In this document: positions 1 through 10,090 of the stretch, piece by piece
How the letters are laid out: each line of letters opens with the position of its first letter
Numbering within the stretch: the first letter of the stretch is position 1
Assembly: GCA_946407055.1 (NCBI GenBank)
Contig: CAMJMP010000001.1
Span: 6,847 to 70,846 of the forward strand
DNA: 64,000 nucleotides
Source: an uncultured Mycoplasmatota bacterium
GTDB taxonomy: Bacteria > Bacillota_I > Bacilli_A > RF39 > UBA660
Direction of reading: 5' to 3'
Notes under the pieces: generated by a model
Database searches by the model: none
Seen by the model: the letters and a program-made list of their open reading frames with translations, nothing else
Told to the model about the DNA's origin: nothing
Made by a program: the position numbers and the translations under genes

Positions 1-1280
1 TGAATAATTTATTTGGTCCTATCAGTAGAGACGAGCGTCAAGCTCAATGTATTGAAAATTGGAAAAAATTTAAAGGTAAAGCTACAGTTGTAGGTGCTAC
101 TGGATTTGGAAAGACGAGAGTTGGCACAAATCTTATAGGAAAGGTATTAAAAATTAAACCTCAGTTTAGATTTTTAATTGTAGTTCCTACTACCACTTTA
201 AAAGAACAATGGGAAGGTATTCTTGACAATCTGGGATATGGATTAAATTGTTCTGTAGAAGTAGTCAATACTGTTGTATTACACGAAACAACATATACAT
301 GCGATCTATTAATATTGGATGAAATCCATAGATTCGCGTCCGATTTATTTCAACAAGTTTTCAGTAAGGTCAAATATAAATTAATATTAGGTCTTACTGC
401 AACTATAGAAAGATTAGATGGTAAAGAAGCAATCATTAAACAATATTGTCCTGTATGTGATGAAATTCCATTGGAAGAATGTGAGTTTAATGGTTGGATT
501 TCTAAGTATAAAGAATATCAAGTATTGATTGACGTAGATGATATACAAACTTATAAGAACTTAAATAAAGAGTTCAATGAACATTTTGGTTTCTTTAATT
601 ATGACTTTGGATTAGTTATGTCTATGGTAGGTCCGAAAGGATATTTAACAAGAATTGCCTATAGAGATAGATTATGTCCAAATGGAACACAAGAAGAGAA
701 ATCAGCTACTCTTAAATCGATTATCTACCATTCTACTGCTTTTATGAGAGCATTACAAGGTAGAAAAGCGTTTATTAATAATCATCCTAAAAAGATTGAA
801 GTTGCAAGAAAAATTATTCAATCTCGTCCTTATGCTAAAATAATTACCTTTTCTAATAATATTAAAATGGCAGAAGCCATTGGAATAGGTAAAGTTTACA
901 GTGGAAAGGACTCTAAAAAGAAAGGAAGAGCTACTTTAGAAGAATTAGAAAGTGGGGATATACAAGTTATTAACACTATTGCAAAAGCAAATGAAGGTTT
1001 AAATATTCCAGATTTGTCGATAGCAATAATGTTAGGAATTGATTCTTCTAAAATTAAAGCAGTTCAAAGAGTAGGAAGAGTTTGTAGAGCACAAGAAAAT
1101 AAGCAAGCTGAAATCTTTAACTTAGTTATAAATGATACAGCTGAAACAGAATGGTTTAGAAAAGCACATTCTAAATCTCAATACATAACTATTGATGAGA
1201 CAGGGTTAGAAGCAGTTCTTAATTATGAAGAACCTAAACCGTATAAAAAGAAAATACAAAAATTAACTTTTAGATTTTAA
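1..1280 (+). CDS. Superfamily 2 DEAD/DEAH-type helicase (5' end truncated by the window edge)
   Basis: The frame is open from position 3. Walker A 'GATGFGKT', motif II 'LDEIH' and motif VI 'QRVGRVCR' are present in the translation. Confidence 0.8.
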   Translation, partial: NNLFGPISRDERQAQCIENWKKFKGKATVVGATGFGKTRVGTNLIGKVLKIKPQFRFLIVVPTTTLKEQWEGILDNLGYGLNCSVEVVNTVVLHETTYTCDLLILDEIHRFASDLFQQVFSKVKYKLILGLTATIERLDGKEAIIKQYCPVCDEIPLEECEFNGWISKYKEYQVLIDVDDIQTYKNLNKEFNEHFGFFNYDFGLVMSMVGPKGYLTRIAYRDRLCPNGTQEEKSATLKSIIYHSTAFMRALQGRKAFINNHPKKIEVARKIIQSRPYAKIITFSNNIKMAEAIGIGKVYSGKDSKKKGRATLEELESGDIQVINTIAKANEGLNIPDLSIAIMLGIDSSKIKAVQRVGRVCRAQENKQAEIFNLVINDTAETEWFRKAHSKSQYITIDETGLEAVLNYEEPKPYKKKIQKLTFRF

Positions 1281-1281
1281 A

Positions 1282-1479
1282 ATGACAGTAGAAAGAATGC
1301 TTGAATTGGTATTGCTTAATCAATTGAGTAATACTCTTGTAAAAATGTCTGATTATGAAGCAAATTGTTTTGTAAAAGAACATAATATAGACATGATTAA
1401 AGTAATAAGAAGAAGTACTGAACTTTCTAATGACTTTTATAAAGAATTTGCAAAGGATAACCCTTCGAAAGAAGTTTAA
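1282..1479 (+). CDS. Hypothetical small protein
   Basis: 65-aa ORF that starts 1 nt after the helicase stop. Confidence 0.35.
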   Translation: MTVERMLELVLLNQLSNTLVKMSDYEANCFVKEHNIDMIKVIRRSTELSNDFYKEFAKDNPSKEV

Positions 1480-1527
1480 ACGATTTGTAGCATAGATTAG
1501 TTCTTATAAACTAATTTTAACTACATA

Positions 1528-2148
1528 GTGCAAAAATTAAATTTTAATATTGACGAAGAATTAGCTCTTATTGAGAAATATGAGATAACACCAACCGAAA
1601 TGTTTGTAACAAGACTTTTACTTCTAGCACAAGAAAGCGATGAAGAAAAAGAATATCTTGTCAAATATTTAAGTATTCCAGAAGACGTAAGAGGAGATTT
1701 TAGAAACATATTAATTTCATTACAAAATAAAGGAATTATTTTAAAAAGTTATAACATTCCCAATAAAGGAGAATCACTTGATATTTACGAAATAGAGTTT
1801 AATAAGAATTTCTTAAAGAACTTTTACCGAGCGTCAGGAGATATGGGTGAAGAATTATTTGAACATTATCCACAATTTGCTAACATTAATGGTAATCTTG
1901 TAGGAATAAGAAATGTATCAAAGAAATTTATAGACCTTGAAGATGCTTGGCGTAAGTATGGTAAAATAATCAAGTGGAATCCTGAAACACACCGAGAAAT
2001 AATCGGTTTGTTAGATTGGGCAACAGAAAATAATATAGACATAAATAAATCGTTAGCGAACTTTATTTGTGATCACAGCTGGCTAGATTTACAGGCACTC
2101 CGTGACGGAGGAAATACAATTAATGTAAATAATGTCAGAATGTTATGA
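1528..2148 (+). CDS. Hypothetical protein
   Basis: 206-aa ORF whose end overlaps the next gene by 4 nt. Confidence 0.4.
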   Translation: MQKLNFNIDEELALIEKYEITPTEMFVTRLLLLAQESDEEKEYLVKYLSIPEDVRGDFRNILISLQNKGIILKSYNIPNKGESLDIYEIEFNKNFLKNFYRASGDMGEELFEHYPQFANINGNLVGIRNVSKKFIDLEDAWRKYGKIIKWNPETHREIIGLLDWATENNIDINKSLANFICDHSWLDLQALRDGGNTINVNNVRML

Positions 2149-3245
2149 TTAGTAATTCCTTATTAACACAAATCACAAACGGTAGAGATGGTTCGAATTG
2201 GGGATATACTATGGGATTACCAAAACTTGAAAATATTGTAGATGGTGTATGTAAACAAACATATACACTATTATTTGCAGGTTCAGGTTGTGGTAAATCA
2301 AATCTCATGATGTATGCTTATATTTATAGACCATTAATGGAACATATTGACGATGATGATTTCTTTGTTTATTTATTTTCATTAGAGATGAAAGCAGAAA
2401 TCATTCTTGCTAAACTTCTTTGTATTTACATATTTGAAAAGTATCACATTGAAATTTCTTTTAAAGAATTACTTTCTAAAAAGAGAAATTATAGACTTCC
2501 AGACGAATATTATAAAATAGTTTTAGAGTGTATGCCTTGGTTGAAAAAGGTAGAATCTAAACTTAAAATATTCGATAAAGGAGCTAATGCTGATACAATT
2601 TATGCTAAACTTAAAGAAGATTTAGAAGAAAAGGGTAAATTTGAAGAGCAAGGAACTCGTAAAATATATTATCCGAACAATCCAAATTTAACTTATTTGG
2701 TTGTTGTTGATCATATGGGATTACTTCGTACTAAAGCAGGAAGAACTAAAAAGCAAGAAATTGATTTATTATCAAATTACTTTGTTTATCTTCGTAATAC
2801 TTGTGGAATTAGTCCGCTTGCTATTATGCAATCTAATAGAGATCAATCTTCATCTGCAAGAAGACAATTAGGTATGTATTTGCCTCAAATGTCTGATGTT
2901 AAGGAAACTAATGTTCCGTATGAGGATTCTGATATTACATTAGCAATTTATAATCCTAATGTTGATAAATTGAAAACTCATAATAAATACGATATAGTAC
3001 AATTTGGCGATACATTTAGAAGTATTGTATGTATTAAAAATAGATATGGTGAATCTAATGTAGAAGACAGTTGTGCTTTCTATGGCAAATCTAATATCTG
3101 GGTAGAATTACCTAAACCAGAAGAAATATTTGACGTAGAAAAATATAAAACTCCAGATTGGCTTTGGAAAAAGCAAGAAATGCCAGATAATAATAGTGTT
3201 TTAGATGAGAATACAAATAATAAATCATTTAAATTTAACTTATAA
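2145..3245 (+). CDS. DnaB-like replicative helicase (RecA-fold C-terminal domain)
   Basis: Walker A 'AGSGCGKS', Walker B-like 'VVVDHMGLL', a 'QSNR' motif (like the DnaB H3 'QLNR') and 'PQMSDVKETN' (like DnaB H4 'PMLSDLRESG'). At 366 aa it lacks the DnaB N-terminal domain. Confidence 0.6.
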   Translation: MISNSLLTQITNGRDGSNWGYTMGLPKLENIVDGVCKQTYTLLFAGSGCGKSNLMMYAYIYRPLMEHIDDDDFFVYLFSLEMKAEIILAKLLCIYIFEKYHIEISFKELLSKKRNYRLPDEYYKIVLECMPWLKKVESKLKIFDKGANADTIYAKLKEDLEEKGKFEEQGTRKIYYPNNPNLTYLVVVDHMGLLRTKAGRTKKQEIDLLSNYFVYLRNTCGISPLAIMQSNRDQSSSARRQLGMYLPQMSDVKETNVPYEDSDITLAIYNPNVDKLKTHNKYDIVQFGDTFRSIVCIKNRYGESNVEDSCAFYGKSNIWVELPKPEEIFDVEKYKTPDWLWKKQEMPDNNSVLDENTNNKSFKFNL

Positions 3246-3247
3246 AT

Positions 3248-3724
3248 ATGGCAGAATTAATTGCAGTTGTAGGAGAAAGTGGCTCTGGTAAGACCACTAG
3301 TATTAGAAATCTTAATCCAGAAGAAACTTTTATAATATCAACTACTGGAAAACGTCCTGGAACAAAAGGAGCAAAGAAGAAATATCCTACATTTAAAATC
3401 GATCCTACAACAAAGGAGATTTCAGGTAATTTCTTCACAGCATCTAATGTTGATTATATTGGAAAGATGCTTAAATTAATCGACTCTAAACTTCCACACA
3501 TAAAGACTGTTATTATTGATGATTATCAGTATGTAATGGGCTTTGAAGCTATGGATAGAGCTGGTGATAAAGGATATGATAAGTTTACTCAAATGGCTCA
3601 ACATGCTTATCAAGTTATTAAGGATTCTATGAATCTTCGTGATGATTTGTATGTTGTTATTCTTACTCATAGTGAGAATACAGGTGATAAACTTAATCCT
3701 TATTATAAGATTAAGACTCAAGGT
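3248..3724 (+). CDS. Sak4-like / AAA_24 family recombination ATPase, exon 1 (the ORF runs to a stop at 3728-3730; the proposed 5' splice site is after 3724)
   Basis: N-terminal Walker A 'VGESGSGKTT' and Walker B-like 'VIIDDYQY'. At 160 aa the ORF is about 70 aa short of a full AAA_24 protein and ends just before the intron-like region. Confidence 0.55.
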
Positions 3725-4925
3725 AAATAATATTTTGCCAGTATAACCCCTAATTCGGCGAAATCTGAAGCACAAATCGTGAGATTAATTGTATGACAAT
3801 GCCGAGCCAAGCAAAAATAGAATTCTAGACTATTTTGGGCGCGTGTATCGACTAGTAGCGGATCGGCTACGTAGAAATTGAAGTAATTAATCAATTTTGA
3901 AATGGGGATGTAAATTTTATATATTTTAATTTGAGGTGTAAATTTTTTATATTATATTTGTTGTAATAAAATTATAATAATTATGAATATAAAAATTTAT
4001 ACTTTAAGTTCTACAAGAAATCCTGATAATATCAGGTATGTAGGTAAATCTAAACAAAAATTAACTAGAAGACTTTCGCAACATTTATTAGATGCTAAAC
4101 GTCATAAAATGAATAAAGATTTTAAAAACCATAATTATAATTGGATAAATAAAGAATTAGAAGATGGTTTTAAAATAATTATTCTTGAATTAGATTCAAT
4201 GGAATTTTCAGAAAATGAAGATTGGAAATGGTTAGAACAATATTGGATTTCTCAATTAAGAATTTGGGGATTTAATTTAACTAATCTTACAGATGGTGGT
4301 GATGGAAATCAAAACCAAAAATTTTCTAAAGAATCTATTGAAAAAAGAGCTTCTAAATTAAGAGGTAAACATCGTGATGAAATAACAAAAGAAAAAATTT
4401 CTAAAGGACTTCAAGGAATAAAACGTTCTGAAGAAACAAAACAGAAATTAAAAAATTCAATACGAAGTTTACAAGGAAAAAAGATTAAACAATTTGATAA
4501 AAAAGGTAATTTTATAAAAATTTGGGATTGTGCAGTAGATGCAGCTAATGAATTAAATATAGATAGAGCTAATATTAGTCATTGTTGTAATCATAAACCA
4601 AATCATAAAACAGCAGGTGGATTTATTTGGAGATTTGAAAATGATAACTTTGAAATAAATACATATACTGATAATAGTATAGTTCAATTAGATTTAAATA
4701 ATAATTTAATTGAAATTTTTAAAACTGCTGTTTTGGCAAGTACTAAAACAGGAATTAGTACTTGTAGTATATCAAATTGTTGTAATCATAAAATAAATGA
4801 TGTAAAAGGGTTTAAATTTATTAAATATAAAGAATTTATGAATACATAGTCAGTTCCCGTAGAAATACGGTAGGCATAAATTTGATAGTAATTATATCAA
4901 ATAAAAAATTTATGTAATTTTAACG
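3725..4925 (+). mobile_element. Group I intron (about 1.2 kb) carrying a GIY-YIG homing endonuclease ORF; boundaries inferred
   Basis: Structured GC-richer core elements 'AATTCGGCGAAATCTG', 'GCCGAGCCAAGC' and 'TAGACTA...GGGCGCG'. The exon ends in U at 3724, the intron ends in G at 4925, and splicing restores the frame: ...KIKTQG|KMIDNVITLEG. Confidence 0.55.
3983..4849 (+). CDS. GIY-YIG homing endonuclease (intron-encoded)
   Basis: 'KIYTL...RYVGKS...R...E...N' GIY-YIG core, NUMOD3-like K/R-rich repeats, and two 'SxCCNHK...GF.W' C-terminal DNA-binding modules. Confidence 0.85.
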   Translation: MNIKIYTLSSTRNPDNIRYVGKSKQKLTRRLSQHLLDAKRHKMNKDFKNHNYNWINKELEDGFKIIILELDSMEFSENEDWKWLEQYWISQLRIWGFNLTNLTDGGDGNQNQKFSKESIEKRASKLRGKHRDEITKEKISKGLQGIKRSEETKQKLKNSIRSLQGKKIKQFDKKGNFIKIWDCAVDAANELNIDRANISHCCNHKPNHKTAGGFIWRFENDNFEINTYTDNSIVQLDLNNNLIEIFKTAVLASTKTGISTCSISNCCNHKINDVKGFKFIKYKEFMNT

Positions 4926-5147
4926 AAAATGATTGATAACGTTATTACTCTTGAAGGTCTGTTTACATATGTTTTCTTTACTGAAGTAACACGTGATGAC
5001 GACGGTAATCCTAAATATATGTTTAAGACTAACTCAGATGGAACTTGTACAGCTAAGTCCCCAATGGGAATGTTTGAAGATCTACTTATTGATAATGATT
5101 TACAGAAAGTAATTTCAAGAATAGAGGAGTATGACAATGAAGATTAA
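4926..5147 (+). CDS. Sak4-like / AAA_24 ATPase, exon 2
   Basis: The frame opens at 4905 and no sensible independent start is needed. The translation 'ITLEGLFTYVFFTEV...' supplies the missing C-terminal part of exon 1. Confidence 0.5.
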   Translation, partial: KMIDNVITLEGLFTYVFFTEVTRDDDGNPKYMFKTNSDGTCTAKSPMGMFEDLLIDNDLQKVISRIEEYDNED

Positions 5148-5157
5148 TCTTATAAAA

Positions 5158-5745
5158 ATGGAAGTTTATTTCGATCCTGAGACCGACAGTTTTATGGCTG
5201 TCGATCCTGAAACAGGAGAATGTAGAGATCTAACAATCTCTAAAAAGAAATCTGCTACTAAGAAGAAAGAGTCAGCAGTTTCTGAGGATACTACAGCAAG
5301 GTTAATTCTAGAAACAAATAAATATACCATTACAACAGGAGCTGCCGAATTACTTGGTGTGTCACCTGATGATCGTATAGAAATTAAGTACGAGAAACAA
5401 GGTAATGTATTTGTTCCTATAATTGGATCTAACACTACATTTGGTACAAAAGCAGGAAATAAACTTTCTAAAAGTTTAACTGTTAGTTGTAGAGGTAAAG
5501 CAAATGAAGAATTGTCTCAATACGGTGATCAATTTACATTTGAACCTCATCCTTCTAAGTCAGGTTTATTTATCTTAGTTGGTAATAAACCTCGTCCTTC
5601 TGCTGTACCAGAGGTAAAGAGTGAAGTTGTAGAAATAGATGATGAAGATGAAGAGGAGGTTGACGAAGCATTAGTTGATCTACTCGACGAATCAAGTAAA
5701 GAAGATGAAAAAACTGAAGTTTTTAATTTTGAATTAACAATTTAA
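5158..5745 (+). CDS. Hypothetical protein with a highly acidic C-terminus
   Basis: ORF with an ATG at 5158 just after the upstream stop; acidic tail 'EIDDEDEEEVDE'. Confidence 0.4.
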   Translation: MEVYFDPETDSFMAVDPETGECRDLTISKKKSATKKKESAVSEDTTARLILETNKYTITTGAAELLGVSPDDRIEIKYEKQGNVFVPIIGSNTTFGTKAGNKLSKSLTVSCRGKANEELSQYGDQFTFEPHPSKSGLFILVGNKPRPSAVPEVKSEVVEIDDEDEEEVDEALVDLLDESSKEDEKTEVFNFELTI

Positions 5746-5755
5746 TTTTTGAAAA

Positions 5756-6451
5756 ATGAGTAACGGATTTAATTTTGGTGGTTTTGAAACAGTTAAGCCA
5801 ACAGCAGTTGGTGGTCCTCGTCCTTGGAATATCTATGAGAATGTAAAGTTTGGTGGAATTAGCGACGTTATTAAAGGTAAACGTCAAGACGGTTCTGAGT
5901 GGAGAGCTTGGGATTTCGTTTTCGAGTTCAAGGAGGGTAAGTATACCGAACGTTTCTTTGAACCTACTAATAACGATCGTAAATCATATAAGGATAAGAA
6001 CGGCGTAGAGCGTTGGATTCCATCTAATCATGAATCTAATCTTGTGTTTATTGCACAGGTTATTGCAGCATTTACATCAACAGGACTTGACATTCTTAAG
6101 AAGAATGGAAGTAAGATTGATAGTTATGACACACTTATTGGTCTCGTAAAGAAGATTCTTAACGAGAAGACTGATAAGTCTCCAAAGCTTAAGCTTGTTG
6201 GAAAGAACAATGATGGTAAGATTTTCTGTGGTCTTCCTGTTTATTGTAGAATCAGTAAGGACGGAAATCCTTATACTTCTGACACTTTCATTGGTGACGC
6301 TGTAGCTTTCTCTAATTATGAACTTGATGAGAAGAAGAAGTATGAAACAGCTGCTCCAACAAAGATGGCTGACACAGAAGCACCTTCAGATAGCAAATCT
6401 GATAAGGGATCAGAAAATGTAATTGATGATTTCGCAGGTCTGATGGATTAA
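5756..6451 (+). CDS. Putative single-stranded DNA-binding protein (highly expressed)
   Basis: GC-richer codon usage with optimal codons, an acidic C-terminal tail '...VIDDFAGLMD' typical of SSBs, a position next to primase and helicase genes, and a strong terminator downstream. Confidence 0.35.
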   Translation: MSNGFNFGGFETVKPTAVGGPRPWNIYENVKFGGISDVIKGKRQDGSEWRAWDFVFEFKEGKYTERFFEPTNNDRKSYKDKNGVERWIPSNHESNLVFIAQVIAAFTSTGLDILKKNGSKIDSYDTLIGLVKKILNEKTDKSPKLKLVGKNNDGKIFCGLPVYCRISKDGNPYTSDTFIGDAVAFSNYELDEKKKYETAAPTKMADTEAPSDSKSDKGSENVIDDFAGLMD

Positions 6452-6458
6452 CAACGTA

Positions 6459-6487
6459 AAACTTACCTTCGGGTAAGTTTTATTTTA
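6459..6487 (+). terminator. Rho-independent terminator
   Basis: Perfect hairpin AAACTTACC-TTCG-GGTAAGTTT followed by TATTTT. Confidence 0.7.
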
Positions 6488-6536
6488 ATTTCTCATTAAA
6501 ATAATTTATATTAGATAATATTAATTTATTTTAAAG

Positions 6537-7547
6537 ATGAAATTAAATTTTGAATTTGAACAAGAAATAACTAAAGAATTTCTTTTATCTAAGTTTAGCG
6601 AAGAAACTTATATGACACATTATTTGGGTATTCCTGTTAAAAAAGGATTATTCAGATCTCCTTTGAGGGGAGATAAAACTCCTACTTGTTCATTCTTTAG
6701 AAATAAATCTGGAGAACTTATCTTTAAGGATTTTAGTGGTGCTTTCTATGGTAATTTCGTTAATGTTGTAATGACTAAATACGAATGTAGTTATCATAAA
6801 GCATTAAAAATCATAGCTTCTGATTTTGGTTTAATTAAAACTTCTGTTAAAAAAGAAGAAATTAAAATCAAAGAAGTGCCTAAATTTGTAGATTCTGGAC
6901 AAGCAATTATCAATGTAGAAATACAAGATTTTACTGATACAGAACTCAAATGGTGGAAAAAATATGGAATAGACGAAAAAATACTTAAAAAGTTTAAAGT
7001 TTATTCTTGTAAAAACGTATGGTTAAATGGAAATAGGTTCGCGAGTTCATCAAGAACCAATATGATATTTGGCTATTACGGAAACATTAAAGATAAGGTT
7101 GAACTTTGGAGAATTTATTTCCCAAAACGAAAAGAATACAGGTTTCTAAGTAACTGGAACGCAAATAAAATTCAAGGTTTTGACCAACTTCCCAAAACAG
7201 GAAATACTCTTGTCATTACTAAATCTATGAAAGATGTAATGACATTATATTCTATAGGAATAACAGCAATTGCTCCTAATTCGGAAAATTTATTTATAAC
7301 TGATTCAGTATTAGAAAAACTTAAAGAACGTTTTACAAATATATACGTTCTTTATGATAATGACTTACCTGGAATTAGTAATATGAATAAAATTAAAAAG
7401 AAACATCCCGAATTAAAATATATTTGGATTCCAAGAGAATCTGGAGCAAAAGACATATCAGATCTTCGCAAATTATTAGGTAAAGAGAAATTCATAAGTT
7501 ATTTAAAAGAAAAATTATTATGGCTAAAAAGTAGGTGGTTGAATTAA
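6537..7547 (+). CDS. DnaG-type DNA primase (zinc-binding domain plus Toprim domain)
   Basis: Zn-ribbon-like 'GDKTPTCSFF...GAFYG' and Toprim motifs 'VITKSMKDV...' and 'YVLYDNDLPG'. Confidence 0.7.
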   Translation: MKLNFEFEQEITKEFLLSKFSEETYMTHYLGIPVKKGLFRSPLRGDKTPTCSFFRNKSGELIFKDFSGAFYGNFVNVVMTKYECSYHKALKIIASDFGLIKTSVKKEEIKIKEVPKFVDSGQAIINVEIQDFTDTELKWWKKYGIDEKILKKFKVYSCKNVWLNGNRFASSSRTNMIFGYYGNIKDKVELWRIYFPKRKEYRFLSNWNANKIQGFDQLPKTGNTLVITKSMKDVMTLYSIGITAIAPNSENLFITDSVLEKLKERFTNIYVLYDNDLPGISNMNKIKKKHPELKYIWIPRESGAKDISDLRKLLGKEKFISYLKEKLLWLKSRWLN

Positions 7548-8071
7548 ACACAGCTTGTAAAGCGATATTCAAAGACGGTCATACAGAAGAATTTAGTTCT
7601 GTAGAAGAAGCATCTGAAAAGACAGGTATTACCGTCAATTCTATAAAGATAAGAGCAAATCGAAAAGGTGCAGGTGGTAAAGATAAAACACAGTTTGAAT
7701 GGTTAGATGAACATACAAGAAGACATTATCAAGCTAAAAAGTCTAAGAACAAAGGTAGTACCTTTGAGTCTGAAATTGTTCATAAACTTCAAGATATAGG
7801 TTATCCAGGTTGTATAAGAGCAGCTGGAGAATCTAGGTCTACTGATAATAATAAGATTGATATTATAGACATGGAAGATGAACTTCCTGTAAATATTCAG
7901 TGTAAATATACAATGAATACTCCATCTTATTTTAGAATATCAGAAGAATGTTCAGATAAATCTAAACCATTTTGTCTTTTATGGAAAAAAGCTCCAGAAC
8001 CAGGAAGTATAAGTAAAGGTGCTGTTGCTATAATTCCACTTGACTATTTTTACGAATTAATTAAGAAATGA
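7535..8071 (+). CDS. Hypothetical protein with a possible N-terminal HTH motif (GTG start)
   Basis: ORF with a GTG start; the HTH-like stretch is 'SVEEASEKTGITVNSI'. Confidence 0.3.
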   Translation: MVELNTACKAIFKDGHTEEFSSVEEASEKTGITVNSIKIRANRKGAGGKDKTQFEWLDEHTRRHYQAKKSKNKGSTFESEIVHKLQDIGYPGCIRAAGESRSTDNNKIDIIDMEDELPVNIQCKYTMNTPSYFRISEECSDKSKPFCLLWKKAPEPGSISKGAVAIIPLDYFYELIKK

Positions 8072-8301
8072 ATACATATATTTGTCCTGTGGATGATTTG
8101 AGTCAAGATCGTCCGACTATCAAATATGTAATAGCTAATTCTTTAGCTGAAGCTGAAGAAAAATTCGAAGAACTTTTCAGAGAAGATTATGATTTTGGTA
8201 ATGTTTCTAGTTGGAGAGAACTTCGAGAAGAATTAAATAAACAAGATTTTAGTATTGGAGATATATACAATGGAGACGAATTTTCTTTCAACCCTTCCTG
8301 A
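8068..8301 (+). CDS. Hypothetical small acidic protein
   Basis: 77-aa ORF overlapping the upstream stop by 4 nt. Confidence 0.35.
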   Translation: MNTYICPVDDLSQDRPTIKYVIANSLAEAEEKFEELFREDYDFGNVSSWRELREELNKQDFSIGDIYNGDEFSFNPS

Positions 8302-8530
8302 GTTAATAATCGAGGAAAAAAATAGAAAAGTCATAAACTCAGATGATTTTTTAATAGGTTTTATTCTTACGGATAATCCTAAAGGATTGTTATTTTATAA
8401 TCCTCTAAGTGAACAATACGAATTTCACGATAACGATGGCAGATCTGATAATTCTTTTGATGATTACGATGACTTAATAGCCTTCGTTAAAACAAATTTT
8501 CCAAATATTAGAATGTATAAATATGAATAA
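8255..8530 (+). CDS. Hypothetical small protein
   Basis: 91-aa ORF that overlaps the upstream gene; the true start may be at 8270. Confidence 0.3.
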   Translation: MEIYTMETNFLSTLPELIIEEKNRKVINSDDFLIGFILTDNPKGLLFYNPLSEQYEFHDNDGRSDNSFDDYDDLIAFVKTNFPNIRMYKYE

Positions 8531-9032
8531 ACTACGAATAGGATTAGATATTGATGATACTATCGCTGGATTTTCACAAGGATATATTGAAAGATTTGGA
8601 AAGTTTCCAAAAGTTGATTGGGCAATTACAAGAAATGTAAATAATATTCTTATTAAAGAACGTGAGTTCTGGTTAGGATTGCCTCTTTTAAGAAAACCCG
8701 ATTTTGAGCCAAGACTTTATTGTAGTTGTAGAATTAACAATAAACGATGGACAAAACAATATCTCAATGATAGAGGTTTGCCTAAAAGCCCATTATATCA
8801 AATTCCTGGTTATCACTTAAGTAAGGCTGAAACAATTCGTGGAAAAGTTGATGTATTCATTGATGATTCCGTTAGAATTTTTGAAGACTTAAATAAGAAA
8901 GGAATCCCCTGTCTTTTAATTGATTCTGTTCAAAATAAGAATTATGAAACACCTTATCGCATATATTCTTTAAAGTATGCAGAAATTGAAGGTGTTTATA
9001 ATAAATTATTAACTGATAAGAATTTAGAATGA
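8523..9032 (+). CDS. HAD-superfamily 5'(3')-deoxyribonucleotidase-like hydrolase
   Basis: N-terminal 'IGLDIDDTIAGF' DxD HAD motif I, a size of 169 aa, and a later 'FIDD' acidic motif. Confidence 0.45.
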   Translation: MNKLRIGLDIDDTIAGFSQGYIERFGKFPKVDWAITRNVNNILIKEREFWLGLPLLRKPDFEPRLYCSCRINNKRWTKQYLNDRGLPKSPLYQIPGYHLSKAETIRGKVDVFIDDSVRIFEDLNKKGIPCLLIDSVQNKNYETPYRIYSLKYAEIEGVYNKLLTDKNLE

Positions 9033-10090
9033 ATTTAAACGATATTAAAATAACCCCATTACTTGATACTCTTCGTCTGCAAAAAATTTCGGACGAAGAG
9101 TATTTTAGTGAGGTATATAAAGACTATATAAGTAATTCAAGGCTTGGCTTTATAGATCCTACAAATGGAGGTTCCCCACAAAAATTCTTGGATGGATTTG
9201 CATCTAATAGAATATTTAGTGACAGTTTAACTTTGGGAACAGTTGTTCATGAACAAATTCTTCAACCTGATTTATTTGATATTTGTCCAGATTTAGACAG
9301 ACCTACTGCGAAAGTAGGTTTTGTAGCAGACGAAATTGCTAAGATTACAAAATCGGATGATGTATCAAATTTTACAAAAGAAGAATTTTTACAAGCCTGT
9401 TTAACTGTGGATTATTATAAAGGTAATCCGACAAATGAAAAACGCAAAGAAATACTTCCTAAAATTAAGAATTATCTAATAAAGTTGAATCAATTCTTAC
9501 AATATGATGATAGAAAGGTATCTACTTTCTTGGATTCAAAAACGTTAGATAAAGCTAAAAATTGTATTTCTGCTTTACAAAATAATAAAAAAGTCCAAGA
9601 GTTACTTCATCCTAAAGGATTACTTGAAGATCCGATTTCTGAATGTGAGCAAGCTATTTTACTTGATGTTAGGGTAGAAGCTGAAGGACTTGAACCTTTT
9701 ACAGTAAGATTAAAATCTAAAATTGATAATTATACTATTGATAAAGAATCAAATCTAATTACTGTAAATGATGTTAAAACAATTGGAAGAACACTCGACA
9801 ATTGCGATGACCAAATTATGAAATATCATTACTATAGAGAAATGTATATGTATTGTTACTTACTTTCTTTATGTGCTAAGAAGTTTTATAATTTAGAAAA
9901 ATGTAGTGTTAAAAGTAATTTCTTATGGGTTTCAACTATTCCAAATTATTATACAAAAGTAACTCCTATGACAAGAGAGTTATTTAAAATTGGAGCAAAG
10001 GAATTCAAAGATTTACTAAGAAGAGCTGCTATTACTTTATTTTATAAAGATGCTATAAAGGCAGAAACTTTCATAAATAGTGGTTTATGA
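9029..10090 (+). CDS. PD-(D/E)xK exonuclease (RecB/YqaJ/Cas4-like nuclease motifs)
   Basis: 'GTVVHE', 'KIDNYTID', 'VNDVKT' (DxK) and 'QIMKY' (QxxxY), in the order seen in RecB-family nucleases. Confidence 0.45.
   Translation: MNLNDIKITPLLDTLRLQKISDEEYFSEVYKDYISNSRLGFIDPTNGGSPQKFLDGFASNRIFSDSLTLGTVVHEQILQPDLFDICPDLDRPTAKVGFVADEIAKITKSDDVSNFTKEEFLQACLTVDYYKGNPTNEKRKEILPKIKNYLIKLNQFLQYDDRKVSTFLDSKTLDKAKNCISALQNNKKVQELLHPKGLLEDPISECEQAILLDVRVEAEGLEPFTVRLKSKIDNYTIDKESNLITVNDVKTIGRTLDNCDDQIMKYHYYREMYMYCYLLSLCAKKFYNLEKCSVKSNFLWVSTIPNYYTKVTPMTRELFKIGAKEFKDLLRRAAITLFYKDAIKAETFINSGL

Noticed and set aside
1521-1709. Minus-strand 62-aa ORF
   Set aside because: Lies wholly inside the + strand gene 1528-2148 and has low-complexity, Ser-rich composition typical of antisense ORFs in AT-rich DNA.
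3235-3775. Minus-strand ORFs 3235-3438 and 3476-3775
   Set aside because: Antisense to the Sak4-like exon 1; no independent signals.
4910-5137. Minus-strand 75-aa ORF
   Set aside because: Antisense to exon 2 of the Sak4-like gene.
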